Shown piece by piece: positions 1-8,678 of a stretch of 56,747 nt of DNA. Position numbers and translations under genes: made by a program. Each line of letters begins with the position of its first letter. Position 1 is the stretch's first letter. The notes under the pieces were generated by a model. The model was not told where the DNA came from, ran no database searches, and worked only from the letters and a program-made list of their open reading frames with translations. The DNA comes from Acidimicrobiia bacterium (GTDB lineage: Bacteria; Actinomycetota; Acidimicrobiia; Spongiisociales; UBA11373): NCBI GenBank assembly GCA_040878325.1, contig JBBDMM010000014.1, positions 1 through 56,747 of the forward strand, written 5' to 3'.

Positions 1-99
1 CCGGGCGGAAGCCCGGCAGACGGAGGGGGCAGCTGATCCTGCGAGCACTCCCACAACCCAGCCTCGGGAAACCGGATGCCGGGCATCGCCCGGCATCCG
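1..99 (+). repeat. Partial copy of the multi-hairpin palindromic repeat family, truncated by the window start
   Basis: GCCCGGCAGACGGAGGGGGCAG (11-32) is identical to 31419-31440 and to the reverse complement of the window end. A 12-bp perfect hairpin CGGATGCCGGGC-atc-GCCCGGCATCCG lies at 73-99. Confidence 0.85.
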
Positions 100-120
100 C
101 ACAACACTGAGCAAGAAGGG

Positions 121-492
121 CTACTCACGCTCCGGCGGCGAACACGCCGGGGTTCCTCCCGGGAGCCGATGACGATGGCGGGCGACCAGGCGGTAAACGG
201 GCCAGGCGAGCCACGACACCGGCGTGAGCGAGCCGAGCCAGCCCAGCGGCCTCCAGTACCACTGGGCACGACGGAGCAGCACCGCGATGGCGTCCGGCCC
301 GGCTGCAGCCAGACCGGGCTCCACCCACAGGACCGCCGCCTCGGCTGCTTGCTGCTCGACCCCGAGGGCGGAGAGGTCAGCCCACTGCCAGGGGACGATC
401 TCCGCCTCAGTCCGTACATGCCGCTCGACGAACCGAGCGCAGCTCGTGCAGAAGGCGCAGTCGCCGTCGTAGAGGAAGGTCGGTCTGGTCAT
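121..492 (-). CDS. DCC family thiol-disulfide oxidoreductase (DUF393)
   Basis: N-terminal FLYDGDCAFC (DxxCxxC) motif and C-terminal YRLVARHRHRL, typical of DCC proteins. Confidence 0.85.
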   Translation of the reverse strand: MTRPTFLYDGDCAFCTSCARFVERHVRTEAEIVPWQWADLSALGVEQQAAEAAVLWVEPGLAAAGPDAIAVLLRRAQWYWRPLGWLGSLTPVSWLAWPVYRLVARHRHRLPGGTPACSPPERE

Positions 493-500
493 CGGGTGCC

Positions 501-615
501 TCAGCCCCCCAGGGTAAGCCTCAACACGAGATCGTCCTGGCGCGGACTGGCCCGGAAAGGGAGCCTCGCGAAAACCTCACTTCGCGTACCCCTTGAGTCG
601 CGCCTCCTTGGCTGA
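501..615. ncRNA. Candidate structured RNA or regulatory element of unknown family
   Basis: Nested stems: TCAGCC 501-506/GGCTGA 610-615; CCAGGG 509-514/TCCTGG 535-540; GGCGCGGACT 539-548/AGTCGCGCC 596-604; CGCGAA 567-572/TTCGCG 581-586. It lies between divergent genes. Confidence 0.3.
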
Positions 616-683
616 TAGTTCTTCGCCACCGTCACTCGCCGAACGGCGCTGACTCCCTCGGACGGCACCGGAAGGGGACGCGC

Positions 684-983
684 GTGGAGACGAATGGGCA
701 CCCAGATCTGGTCGGCATTGGCCGGGTTCTGAGGGAGCGCATGGACCGCACCCTCGAGGCCGAGATGGAGGCGGCCCGAGCCGCCGCACGGCGGATGCGA
801 GCACTGCGGGATGTCCTCATCGCGGCCGAAGACCGCGGGTCGAGCGTGCTCCTCGGTACGACCGATGGATCAGTGCACACCGGAACCATCACCGCGGTGG
901 GTGTCGACCACATCGAGATCTCGAACCAAACCGGATGCCGGATCCTCGCCCTCATTCATCTCGTGTCGCTGGAGGAACGATGA
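684..983 (+). CDS. Conserved hypothetical protein, first gene of the Tad operon
   Basis: 99-aa ORF from a GTG start. Its stop overlaps the next ATG (ATGA 980-983). A beta-rich C-terminus (HTGTITAVGVDHIEI) is seen in small proteins upstream of actinobacterial SAF/tad genes. Confidence 0.6.
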   Translation: METNGHPDLVGIGRVLRERMDRTLEAEMEAARAAARRMRALRDVLIAAEDRGSSVLLGTTDGSVHTGTITAVGVDHIEISNQTGCRILALIHLVSLEER

Positions 984-1549
984 GCCGCGTTCGACTCGAC
1001 CTCCGCTTGGTCGCAGCCGGCGCCCTCGCCCTCATTGCCGGCCTCACCGTCCTGTCGCTGACCCGACCGGCCGCACGCGTGGACGTACTGGTGGCGGCGG
1101 AGGCGCTGCCGGCAGGCGTACCTCTCGACACTCTTGCGTTCACCAAGGCCAGCGTCGAGCCGATCGCCGGGCTCGTTCTGGCCGCCAAGGCCCCTGAACT
1201 CGTCGGATGGACACTTGCGGTCGACCTACCCGAGGGTGTCCCACTGACCGATTCGATCCTGGAGCCGCCACCCGGCGCCGAACCTCACCTGATCGCCGTC
1301 ACCCTCGAGATGGGACACGCCGTGCAAGGCCAACTGATCGCCGGCGATCTGGTCGACATCTACGTGACGGACGACCTCGAGACCAGGCTCCTCGCCGCCT
1401 CGGTGAAGGTGATCTCGGCCGAAGTCGACACCGTAGGACTCGTGGGAAGCGACGTGGCACTGTTGCTGGCAGTCGACGACGCCCTCGCCCCTCGGCTCGT
1501 AGCCGCGATGCAGACGGCGGCGATCGACCTCGTGCGGGTGACAGAATGA
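980..1549 (+). CDS. SAF-domain Flp pilus assembly protein (CpaB/RcpC-like)
   Basis: N-terminal TM, VLVAAEALPAG (SAF start), LIAGDLVDIYVT (RcpC-like). Start moved to the ATG at 980 that overlaps the upstream stop. Confidence 0.8.
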   Translation: MSRVRLDLRLVAAGALALIAGLTVLSLTRPAARVDVLVAAEALPAGVPLDTLAFTKASVEPIAGLVLAAKAPELVGWTLAVDLPEGVPLTDSILEPPPGAEPHLIAVTLEMGHAVQGQLIAGDLVDIYVTDDLETRLLAASVKVISAEVDTVGLVGSDVALLLAVDDALAPRLVAAMQTAAIDLVRVTE

Positions 1550-2580
1550 CTTTGCGGGTCGCCACGGTGCTTTCCGCCCGCGAGTGGGAGTCGCGCCTCG
1601 TCGCTGCCGCTCGCTCCTCGGCAACGGTGCGGCTCGTGCTGCGGGCGTTCCTCCCTGGGGAGGTCTCCGAACAGACCGAGTCACTTGACGTAGTTGTGGT
1701 GGGGTCTGAGACTCCTTGGGCGACCACTGCGCGGCTGATGGCATGGCGACGTGACGGGCTACGCGTCGTCGGGGTTCACCCGGTGGGTGATCGCCCGGCT
1801 GCGGACCGGCTCAGGGCGGCAAAAGTCGATCTGGTCCTGCCCGACGACCTCGGCGCTGAGGGCATGCTGCGGGAAATACGGCTCATCGAGCCAGCGGCTC
1901 ACCGAGCCGAGGGGACCGCTCCCCTCGTCGTGGTCACCGGCCCTCGTGGAGCTCCGGGCCGTACCGAAATCGCCCTTGCACTCGCCTGGAACTCGAGTGG
2001 CCGTGTGCCCACCACCCTGATCGACGCCGACCTCGACGCGCCCGCTCTCGCAGTTCGTTTGGGCATTCCGCCCCGACCGGACCTCGCAGACGCGGTCGAC
2101 TCGGTTCATGGCAGCGGGTCACTCCCCCTGGCGATGCTCCATGACATCGGCCGCCTCGCGGTGTTGCCGGGATCTCATCGACCGGGTGAGCCGCCGTTGC
2201 GCCCTGAACCGATCTTCGATGTGGTCGACGCTGCGCGCTACTCGCGGAAGGTCGTAGTGGACGCTGGTCCGTGGCCGGCGAATCTGGAGGTCACCAAGGC
2301 TGCCACCGAGGCGGTGATCGTGGCGGAGGGCTCGCCGCTGGGGATCGTCAGAGCTGCTGCCGTCACCTCTGAGTGGACCGGTCCGCCACCACGACTCGTC
2401 CTGAACCGGGTGCGGTCGGCCGATCGATCAGAGGTGGTGGAGGCGATCCGCCGCTGGACCGGCCTCGAGCCTGCCGCCGTGATCCCTCCGATCTCCAGGA
2501 TCGCCGGGAGCGTACGCGGCGCAGGAGCCCCCGTCCGCAAGCTGCGGGCGCTCGTGGCGCCACTGGGGGTCGAACCGTGA
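1546..2580 (+). CDS. CpaE/TadZ-like (MinD/ParA-type) pilus localisation protein with a receiver-like N-terminus
   Basis: Degenerate P-loop VTGPRGAPGRTEIALALA, LIDADL, VVVDAG, LVLNRV. ATGA overlap at 1546-1549. Confidence 0.8.
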   Translation: MTLRVATVLSAREWESRLVAAARSSATVRLVLRAFLPGEVSEQTESLDVVVVGSETPWATTARLMAWRRDGLRVVGVHPVGDRPAADRLRAAKVDLVLPDDLGAEGMLREIRLIEPAAHRAEGTAPLVVVTGPRGAPGRTEIALALAWNSSGRVPTTLIDADLDAPALAVRLGIPPRPDLADAVDSVHGSGSLPLAMLHDIGRLAVLPGSHRPGEPPLRPEPIFDVVDAARYSRKVVVDAGPWPANLEVTKAATEAVIVAEGSPLGIVRAAAVTSEWTGPPPRLVLNRVRSADRSEVVEAIRRWTGLEPAAVIPPISRIAGSVRGAGAPVRKLRALVAPLGVEP

Positions 2581-3518
2581 ACGGGGATGGGTTCCTCGGC
2601 TCCGTCCTGTCCGATCCCCAGGTCGAGGAGGTCATCGTGCTTGGAGGCGAGCGCACCTTCGTCGTCCGTAACGGCGTGAAGACGCTCCTGCCCGAGGTCA
2701 TCGATACCGACACCCTGCGCCACTTCGTCGATCGGATCCTCGCTGGAACCGGACGTCGACTCGACCTCGCCAGCCCCATCGTGTCCGCCCAGCTCGAAGA
2801 CGGCAGCCGGGTCCATGTCACCGGACCCCCGGTGACACACCCCGCTCGGCTCAACGTGCAGATTCGGCGCTTCGTCCTCGCCTCGAGCGGGCTCGACCGC
2901 CTAGTCGAACTCGGAACGCTTCCCGAGACTCTGGCGGACCTGCTGGCGGACGCGATCAGATCGGACCAGACAATCCTCGTCTCCGGCGCGCCGGGAGCGG
3001 GCAAGACAACAATGATCAACTGCCTGCTCACCGCCGTCCCACCAGATCGACGAGTTGTCACTTGTGAAGAGGTCTTCGAGATCTCGGCCGACATTCCAGA
3101 TATCACGCAGATGCAGACCCGCGAGGCCGGGCTCGACGGCGGAGGGCAGATAACCCTCCGCGACCTAGTGCGTTCGTCGCTGCGGCAGAGACCCGATCGC
3201 ATCGTGGTGGGCGAAGTTCGTGGTCCTGAGGCATTGGATCTTCTGCTTGCTCTGAACGCAGGCTGCTCCGGGCTCGCCACCCTCCACGCCAACTCAGCCG
3301 TCGACGCCCTCGACAAGGTCGTCGGTTACTGCGTGCTCGCGGGCCAGAACGTGATCGTCGACTACGTGGCTGCATCCCTGGCGTCAGTGGTCGATCTCGT
3401 CGTTTTCCTCCGCCGAATGCCCACCCATCGGGTCGTCGAGGAAGTGGTGGGCGTCCTGGGACGCAAGGACGGGCAATTCCAGGTAAACCGCATCTACCAG
3501 CGGGCGGATTCGCCATGA
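2577..3518 (+). CDS. tadA: Flp pilus assembly ATPase CpaF/TadA
   Basis: Walker A GAPGAGKTT, LRQRPDRIVVGEVRGPE (Walker B), TLHANS His box. GTGA overlap at 2577-2580. Confidence 0.95.
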   Translation: MNGDGFLGSVLSDPQVEEVIVLGGERTFVVRNGVKTLLPEVIDTDTLRHFVDRILAGTGRRLDLASPIVSAQLEDGSRVHVTGPPVTHPARLNVQIRRFVLASSGLDRLVELGTLPETLADLLADAIRSDQTILVSGAPGAGKTTMINCLLTAVPPDRRVVTCEEVFEISADIPDITQMQTREAGLDGGGQITLRDLVRSSLRQRPDRIVVGEVRGPEALDLLLALNAGCSGLATLHANSAVDALDKVVGYCVLAGQNVIVDYVAASLASVVDLVVFLRRMPTHRVVEEVVGVLGRKDGQFQVNRIYQRADSP

Positions 3519-4297
3519 GAGCGATAGCCGTGAGCTCCGCCATGCTCTGCGCCGTCACTCTCGGGGTCCCGAGGGTGTACCGATCGTTCTCGCTGCACCC
3601 CCGCCTTGTCGTCGACCTCGGTTCCGGCGCCGTCGTCGGTGCATTGAGCGCAGCAGTCGCTTCGTCGGCTGGCCTGCCCGACATGGTGGCAATCGCCGCA
3701 GGGGTACTGGTCGCTCCGCTCCCGGTATCGGCACGACTCTCGGTTCGCCGGAGGGAGGCGATGCGCGAGGCCTCGCGGTGGCCCGACTTCCTGGCTGCGG
3801 TGAGGGCTCGTATCTCCACCGGTGCCTCGCTCCCCGAGGCGACCCGTGCTGCTGCCCGCCACCTGGGTGGCCGCTTTGCCGAGATCGACCGTGGGCGAGG
3901 CGAACACTTTGCCGCAGGGCTCGATCGAGTTCGCTCGGACTGGGCCGATCCCCTCGCCGATCGTGTCCTCACCACGCTGTCGATCGCTGCCGGCGTCGGC
4001 GGCCGACATGTGGATTCAGTCCTCGCCGCGCTGGCCGTTTCGGTCGGTGACGAACTGCGGCTTCGCCGTGCGCACGACGCCGCCCTCACCCAACAACGAC
4101 TCACGGCGGGCATAGCCCTGGTTGCCCCGTGGGCGATGCTCGGTCTGAGCATCGCCACCAATCCGACTGCCACCGAGTCGTATTCGACAGCCACCGGAAC
4201 TCGGATCGTGATCGGCGGCCTGGCCGCGACCGTGACGGGGTTCCTCCTCGCGCGTCGGTCGGCGCGCCTGTCACAAGCACCGAGGCTCTTCTCGTGA
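3515..4297 (+). CDS. tadB: TadB-like membrane platform protein (T2SS F family)
   Basis: WPDFLAAVRARISTGASLPEA, WADPLADRV, multiple TMs, directly after tadA. Confidence 0.85.
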   Translation: MRAIAVSSAMLCAVTLGVPRVYRSFSLHPRLVVDLGSGAVVGALSAAVASSAGLPDMVAIAAGVLVAPLPVSARLSVRRREAMREASRWPDFLAAVRARISTGASLPEATRAAARHLGGRFAEIDRGRGEHFAAGLDRVRSDWADPLADRVLTTLSIAAGVGGRHVDSVLAALAVSVGDELRLRRAHDAALTQQRLTAGIALVAPWAMLGLSIATNPTATESYSTATGTRIVIGGLAATVTGFLLARRSARLSQAPRLFS

Positions 4298-5013
4298 CGG
4301 CTGTACTCATTTCGACGGGGGTGTTTCTCCTCATCGCCTCACTGCATTCCCGTGTCGTGTCCATCGGTGACTACCTGGGCGCGCCGCACCCCGAGCACGT
4401 GCGGCGCTTCCGCCTGCCCCCGGCCGGTCCGGCGGTGGCGGGCGCCGCGTTCGGCGTCGTCGCAGCGATGGCTCTCGATCCCTCGAACACTGCGTCGCTC
4501 GCTGTGATCGGGATCGTCGGAGGCACCATCGTCGGCCGGGCGGCGAGATCGACAGCGCGCGAGCGTCGATCGGCGCGGCTCGCCCAGGAGCTGCCCACGG
4601 TCGCCGACACGATCGCCCTTCACGTGCTGGCCGGAGAGTCGGTGGCGACCGCCGTCTCCCGCTTCGTCGCCGCGAGCCGCGGAGTCGCCGCTGAAGAACT
4701 CAAAGCCGTCCGCGACTCGGAGTTGGGGCTCGAGGATTCGCTTCGGCGGGCGGCGCGGGACACCGTATATCCGGAAGCCGCCCGCCTGTACGACCTTCTC
4801 GGGCACGCCCACCGTACGGGTGGGGGTCTCTCCGATGCCCTCACCGCTCTCGCCGCCGACTATCGGGCGCTGCTGACTCGCGAGCTCACCGCCGAAGGGG
4901 GCCGCCGTGCTCTCACGACGTACGGCCCCATCCTCGCGCTGATGATCCCGGTGACCCTGCTGTTCCTGATGTACCCGACGCTCGCGGGGTTGAACGCCCT
5001 GTCACGACCATGA
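4294..5013 (+). CDS. tadC: TadC-like membrane platform protein (T2SS F family)
   Basis: ELPTVADTIALHVLAGES, RTGGGLSDAL, C-terminal PILALMIPVTLLFLMYP. GTGA overlap at 4294-4297. Confidence 0.85.
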   Translation: MTAVLISTGVFLLIASLHSRVVSIGDYLGAPHPEHVRRFRLPPAGPAVAGAAFGVVAAMALDPSNTASLAVIGIVGGTIVGRAARSTARERRSARLAQELPTVADTIALHVLAGESVATAVSRFVAASRGVAAEELKAVRDSELGLEDSLRRAARDTVYPEAARLYDLLGHAHRTGGGLSDALTALAADYRALLTRELTAEGGRRALTTYGPILALMIPVTLLFLMYPTLAGLNALSRP

Positions 5014-5558
5014 AAGGAAGGCACCATGCTCCGACTCCATCGCCTCAACGCGGACCAGCGAGGCGTCACAACCGTGGAATGGCTGGGAATGGCCGCAATC
5101 GCCGTCCTGGTGATCGCGGTCCTTCTCCCTCAGGTTCGCTCCGCGGCGAGCGATCTCTGGAACTCGATCGCGGGCCAGATGAGCGGCTTCTTCTCGTAGA
5201 CGACTCGGGATCCGCGATCGTGGAGGAGGTGGCCGCGATGGCGGCCACCTTCATCCTTCTTCTGCTCCTCGTCCAGGTTGCGATGGCCATGACTGCCCGG
5301 TCCGCCGCGGACGCCGTCGTGGCATCGGCGGCGCGGCGAGCAGCGATACCCGGAGTCGATCTCTCGGCAGAAACGGCGCGTCTCGAGGAGGCGCTCGTAC
5401 GCGTTGTCCCCGGAGCGGACGCTGTGTTCGCCGAAGTCAGGCTCACGGGGAGGGCGGCGGTCGCGACCGCGAGTTTCAGATGGACCCCGCCAGGCCCGGT
5501 CTTGACCCGCCTGACCATCGTGCTGATAACGGAGATACCGCGTGTCATCGAACCGTGA
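5010..5558 (+). CDS. TadE-like minor pilin (start uncertain)
   Basis: DDSG|SAIVEE prepilin site, hydrophobic helix, AARRAA motif. The only in-frame ATGs before the cleavage site are at 5010 and 5079. Confidence 0.75.
   Translation: MKGRHHAPTPSPQRGPARRHNRGMAGNGRNRRPGDRGPSPSGSLRGERSLELDRGPDERLLLVDDSGSAIVEEVAAMAATFILLLLLVQVAMAMTARSAADAVVASAARRAAIPGVDLSAETARLEEALVRVVPGADAVFAEVRLTGRAAVATASFRWTPPGPVLTRLTIVLITEIPRVIEP
5026..5199 (+). CDS. flp: Flp family type IVb pilin (57 aa, absent from the ORF track)
   Basis: Hand translation: MLRLHRLNADQRG|VTTVEWLGMAAIAVLVIAVLLPQVRSAASDLWNSIAGQMSGFFS. It has a prepilin G|xxxxE site, a hydrophobic helix and a strong SD AAAGGAAGG at 5013-5021. Confidence 0.9.
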   Translation: MLRLHRLNADQRGVTTVEWLGMAAIAVLVIAVLLPQVRSAASDLWNSIAGQMSGFFS

Positions 5559-5910
5559 CAGCGGATCTGCGATCGTCGCCGATTTGGTGATCGGCGCCGC
5601 CATCGTTCTCGTGCTTGCCGCCGCGGCAGCAGCCACGGGGATGATCATCGACGCAGGCCAGGCTTCGCGGGAGGCCGCCCGGTCGGGCGCGGTCGAGCTG
5701 GCACGGGGTGTGAGAACCGATGCCGCGGTACGCCGCGCAGAATGGCTCGCCCCGCCGAATGCCAGTGTGGACCACGAGGTCGCCGGTGGCACAGTGAGGG
5801 TCGAGGTGCGATCAGAAGTGCGTCTCCCGCATCCGGTCCTTCTGTCCAAGCGCCTGACCATCGTCTCCCACGCGGTCGTTCCGATCGCGCCATACCGGTC
5901 CGGTCGTTGA
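5542..5910 (+). CDS. TadE/F-like minor pilin
   Basis: RDSG|SAIVAD, hydrophobic helix, ASREAARS motif, C-terminal IAPYRS. Confidence 0.75.
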   Translation: MSSNRDSGSAIVADLVIGAAIVLVLAAAAAATGMIIDAGQASREAARSGAVELARGVRTDAAVRRAEWLAPPNASVDHEVAGGTVRVEVRSEVRLPHPVLLSKRLTIVSHAVVPIAPYRSGR

Positions 5911-6296
5911 ACGACAACGGGGCAGTCCACCTCACAATCGTCGCGTTGCTCTTCGGGGGCATGTTGATGCTCGGTGTCGCCGTCGACATCTCCCGGTTTG
6001 GTGCGGCATGGCGGGAGGCGTCACACCTCGCCGCCACTGCCGCCGAAGCCGGAGCGGGGTGGATCGACGAGGAGGCCGCCTATGGCGGCGAGATTCTCGT
6101 CGACCGCGGGCGAGCCCGATCTGCCGCCCGAGCCGTGGCAAGTGGGCCCTGGCACCAGGTCGTCACCGACATCACCGAGGAACGGGTGTGCGTCTCCGTG
6201 TCGATCCAGGTGAGACCGACGTTGCTCTCGATCGTGGGGGCATCGAGCAAATGGGCGACCGCTCGCTCGTGTGCCGAACCCCGACGAGTCCCCTAG
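5907..6296 (+). CDS. TadG-like pilus assembly protein
   Basis: NDNG|AVHL, TM, GVAVDIS...LAATAAEAGA motif. TTG start at 5907 overlaps the upstream TGA. Confidence 0.75.
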   Translation: MNDNGAVHLTIVALLFGGMLMLGVAVDISRFGAAWREASHLAATAAEAGAGWIDEEAAYGGEILVDRGRARSAARAVASGPWHQVVTDITEERVCVSVSIQVRPTLLSIVGASSKWATARSCAEPRRVP

Positions 6297-7996
6297 AACC
6301 CCACTGCCTGCCCGGCGAGCGCTGCGGGTTCGATGACGCATTGTCCGCCTCCGGTCGCGGCGGGCAGGGTCAATTCGAATGTGGCACCCTTGCCGGTGAC
6401 GACCAACCTCAGGTCGCCGCCCATGAGGCGAGCGAGTTCGCGGGACAACCACAGGCCGATGCCGGTGGAGGTGGGCAGGCCCTCGGGGTTGGGGCCCGAT
6501 CGGTAGCGGTCGAACAGTTTGGGCACCTCGACCGCCCCGACGCCCGGGCCGGAATCCTTGACCCTCACCCGCACTTGCTCGCCGTCCGCCTCGATGGTCA
6601 CCGCGATCGGAGGCAGGCCGTGCCGTACCGAGTTGTCGAACAGGTTGCGAAGTATCTGGCGGAGGCGGGCCGGGTCGGCGAAAGCGGCGGCGTTGCCGCT
6701 CACCGTGGTGGGGCTGGAGCGAACGACCGCGGCCTGGTCGGCAATCTTGGTCACTTCGGCGGCGAGGTCGTCGATTGCCCGACACGTGATCGGCACCACC
6801 CCGCCCTGCTGGAGACGGGCGACAACGAGCAGGTCCTGGACGATCCCCTCCATCGCGTCGGCCTCGTCGGCGATGAAATCGATCATCTCCACCTGGTCGG
6901 CCCGGGTCAGCTCGCCATCCCCCCCCCGGAGGGCGTCGGCAAACCCGACGATCGAGGTGAGCGGCGTCCGCAGTTCATGACTCACCACGGCGAGGAAGTC
7001 GTCCTTCTCCCGGTCGAGGATACGCAGCCTCGCGACCTCATTTCGGTGACGGGCCCGGGTACCCAGAGCAAGCGCCGCCAGAGTCGTGGCGGTACCCATG
7101 GCCAGACCCCCGGCGATGAATGCCAGGGCCCCCCAGATGTACGAGTCATGGCCCTGAGAATTCACGTCGACCCGCCAGGCACGACTGGCCGCGCTGATCG
7201 ACTCGGACCACGTACCTTCGGGTACCGGCGGCGAACCGTCGGTCACGTCGTGAACCGCCAGCGCGAGTGGCAACCCGACATCGGGTGGAAGCGCGGCTGC
7301 GAGAACCGCATCGAGGTCCATCGCTACGGCCACCACTCCCAGCAGCAACCCATCAGGCCCGAAGGCCGGTTCGAAAATCACGAAGCCATCTCTGCCCGGA
7401 TTGCTCGAGAACCTGAAAAACTCCGACATGGTCAACTGGAGCGAGTTCAGGGTCTGATCGATGGCGCTGGCGAATTCGGGGTCGCTGCCGGCGTCGAAGC
7501 CCCATGCCGGAAGCTGGTCCTTCGACCAGAAGAACCGAATGGGAAAGTAGGTGTCGCGCACCCCGACCGGAACCGGCTCGGTGCCATCCACTTCGAACAC
7601 GAAGGCGCCGGGATGGCCCCTGGCAAGTTCCTCTTCGAATTCGGCGAGGTCGGCTCGTGGCACGATCGGAATGAACCCGAGACCGAACATCCCCTCGGTC
7701 AGCCCGACGTCTTGGACGAACCCGTTGAACTCGCCTTCCGTCACCTCGACGCTGCCCCGGAACAGCGCTGCCACCGCTATCGCCTGATAGCCGGCGTCGT
7801 CGACCATGGTCTCGATCGCCAAACTCACTGCCTGCGCACGGGTGGAGAGAAGTTCATGGTCATGGCTGTGGCGGGACGCGACATAGCCCACACCGAGGAA
7901 GATGGATCCACCCAGGCACAAGCCAAAGAAGGCAGCCGCCCACCGCCGGGATGAATCCGGCCCCTCTACGCCCATTCTCCGCTGGAAGAGGTTCAC
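6293..7996 (-). CDS. CHASE-domain sensor histidine kinase
   Basis: Two TMs around a CHASE-like region (EFNGFV, GLGFIPIVP, YFPIRF, WGFDAGSDP). H-box VSHELRTPLTSI, N-box RLRQILRNLFDNS, DSGPG, GIGLWLSR. No cognate response regulator in the window. Confidence 0.9.
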   Translation of the reverse strand: MNLFQRRMGVEGPDSSRRWAAAFFGLCLGGSIFLGVGYVASRHSHDHELLSTRAQAVSLAIETMVDDAGYQAIAVAALFRGSVEVTEGEFNGFVQDVGLTEGMFGLGFIPIVPRADLAEFEEELARGHPGAFVFEVDGTEPVPVGVRDTYFPIRFFWSKDQLPAWGFDAGSDPEFASAIDQTLNSLQLTMSEFFRFSSNPGRDGFVIFEPAFGPDGLLLGVVAVAMDLDAVLAAALPPDVGLPLALAVHDVTDGSPPVPEGTWSESISAASRAWRVDVNSQGHDSYIWGALAFIAGGLAMGTATTLAALALGTRARHRNEVARLRILDREKDDFLAVVSHELRTPLTSIVGFADALRGGDGELTRADQVEMIDFIADEADAMEGIVQDLLVVARLQQGGVVPITCRAIDDLAAEVTKIADQAAVVRSSPTTVSGNAAAFADPARLRQILRNLFDNSVRHGLPPIAVTIEADGEQVRVRVKDSGPGVGAVEVPKLFDRYRSGPNPEGLPTSTGIGLWLSRELARLMGGDLRLVVTGKGATFELTLPAATGGGQCVIEPAALAGQAVGF

Positions 7997-8040
7997 AGAA
8001 GGCTCTATCGGACGGCGCAGGGGCAGGGTTGAGGGGCGCC

Positions 8041-8610
8041 TCAGTCGGCACCGAGTTCATCGTCCTTGTCGGCGATAAGGCGCCGGAGGGCTTCGAGGCC
8101 ACGGTGTTGCAGCGAGGTGACCGCGGTCAAAGGTTTCGACAGCCGCTTGGCTATCTCCGGAAGGGTCAGGTCGCCGTAGATGCGCAGCGCAATCACATCG
8201 GCCTGATCCGGGGTCAGTCGATCAATCAGGGCGCGCGCTCGAGCCGCCCCCATCAGGCCGAGCGCGGTGTCCTCTACATCCAGATCATCTGGTTGTTCGA
8301 GATCTGACGGATCGGTGAGCACCTCAGGCCGGCGACCGGCCGAACGCCATGAGTCGACCAGGCGGCGATGGGCGATCGTCAGGCACCAGGCGACGAACTC
8401 GCGCTCGCCTCCCGTGAAACGGCGGATCGAACGAACGATGTCGACGAAGGTGTCCCCGGCGACGCCCTCGGGGTCGGCAGCCCCCCGTACCACCAGGAAC
8501 CCGACCACCCGACCTGAGACCAGGCGGAACAGTGCGCGCCACGCCAACTCGTCGCCCGCCTTGGCGGCAGCCAGGCGGGCGGCGAAATCGGAGTCAGCGG
8601 ATGGCGCCAC
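8041..8610 (-). CDS. ECF RNA polymerase sigma factor (copy 1)
   Basis: Region 2 (FVAWCLTIAHRRLVDSWR) and region 4 (LTPDQADVIALRIYGDLTLPEIAKRL...HRGLEALR). Confidence 0.92.
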   Translation of the reverse strand: MAPSADSDFAARLAAAKAGDELAWRALFRLVSGRVVGFLVVRGAADPEGVAGDTFVDIVRSIRRFTGGEREFVAWCLTIAHRRLVDSWRSAGRRPEVLTDPSDLEQPDDLDVEDTALGLMGAARARALIDRLTPDQADVIALRIYGDLTLPEIAKRLSKPLTAVTSLQHRGLEALRRLIADKDDELGAD

Positions 8611-8678
8611 CGGTTCATTCTCCCCCGGCGGGAGGCGTTGGTGGCGGCGGCCGACCGGAGGCAGCTAGGCGAAACAGG

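Noticed and set aside
547..567. SRP RNA domain IV resemblance (CTGGCCCGGAAAGGGAGCC)
   Set aside because: The conserved CAGG and AGCA positions and the GNRA tetraloop are not matched, and the surrounding fold is branched rather than one long hairpin.
6008..7954. 648-aa plus-strand ORF, and similar long ORFs such as 14491-16182, 17515-18783, 29320-31455, 45267-46469 and 52895-54151
   Set aside because: Antisense shadows of well-supported genes, expected in high-GC DNA; no recognisable motifs.
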